A DNA stretch of 64,000 bases from Actinomycetota bacterium (GTDB taxonomy: Bacteria; Actinomycetota; UBA4738; HRBIN12): contig JBBEAY010000023.1 in the NCBI GenBank assembly GCA_040882605.1, forward strand, positions 12,786-76,785, in the 5' to 3' direction. Made by a program: the position numbers and the translations under genes. The notes beneath the pieces are model-generated. The model did not search any database. It worked only from the letters and a program-made list of their open reading frames with translations, and was not told the DNA's origin. Below, piece by piece: positions 62,326 to 64,000 of the stretch. Numbering within the stretch: position 1 is the first letter of the stretch; each line of letters opens with the position of its first letter.

Positions 62326-64000
<1,675 letters not shown>

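Overview
High-GC (~70%) actinobacterial chromosome segment that runs into the replication origin. The right ~28 kb is the conserved, Mycobacterium-like ori-proximal block. It reads cca / NUDIX / TauE / Rv3909-like / murJ / ECF sigma + anti-sigma / trxB-trxA / cwlM / ... / parB-parA-rsmG-jag-yidC-yidD-rnpA-rpmH on the minus strand, then dnaA-dnaN-recF-DUF721(dciA)-gyrB on the plus strand. DnaA-box clusters sit upstream of dnaA and in the dnaA-dnaN spacer. The left ~36 kb is mixed housekeeping and accessory. It holds a cobalamin-riboswitch-controlled corrinoid ABC importer with cobO/cobU, tandem PNPOx-like paralogues, an RHH/Doc pair, padR-ino1, two secreted cupredoxin proteins, MFS/MarR genes, chrA, a DUF222-HNH endonuclease and dsrE-tusA. 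It also holds a matrixin-like protease, a beta-helix/RTX surface protein, sodX/sodN, ychF, an ECF sigma cluster, a MerR-TOBE regulator with modABC, lepB, a P-type ATPase and ltrA. I found no rRNA, tRNA, CRISPR array, transposase or integrase. I cannot point to a convincing new multi-gene system. The best leads are: (1) ParA with a 191-aa repeat-bearing C-terminal extension; (2) a shared cupredoxin + Ig-like cassette in two secreted proteins, one fused to a TolB-type propeller; (3) a 16-nt CRP-like palindrome found at the same spacing upstream of the HNH gene and of an overlapping two-small-gene module; (4) a Doc toxin with a degenerate catalytic motif; (5) an orphan pilT plus an HExxH membrane protein inserted into the cca-NUDIX synteny next to a perfect 19-bp inverted repeat. 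Several genes are broken by 1-nt indels or by deletion (beta-helix protein, P-type ATPase, ltrA, a ddl relic). This needs read-level checking to separate assembly error from real decay. All functional calls come from my own reading of the translations. No database search was run.
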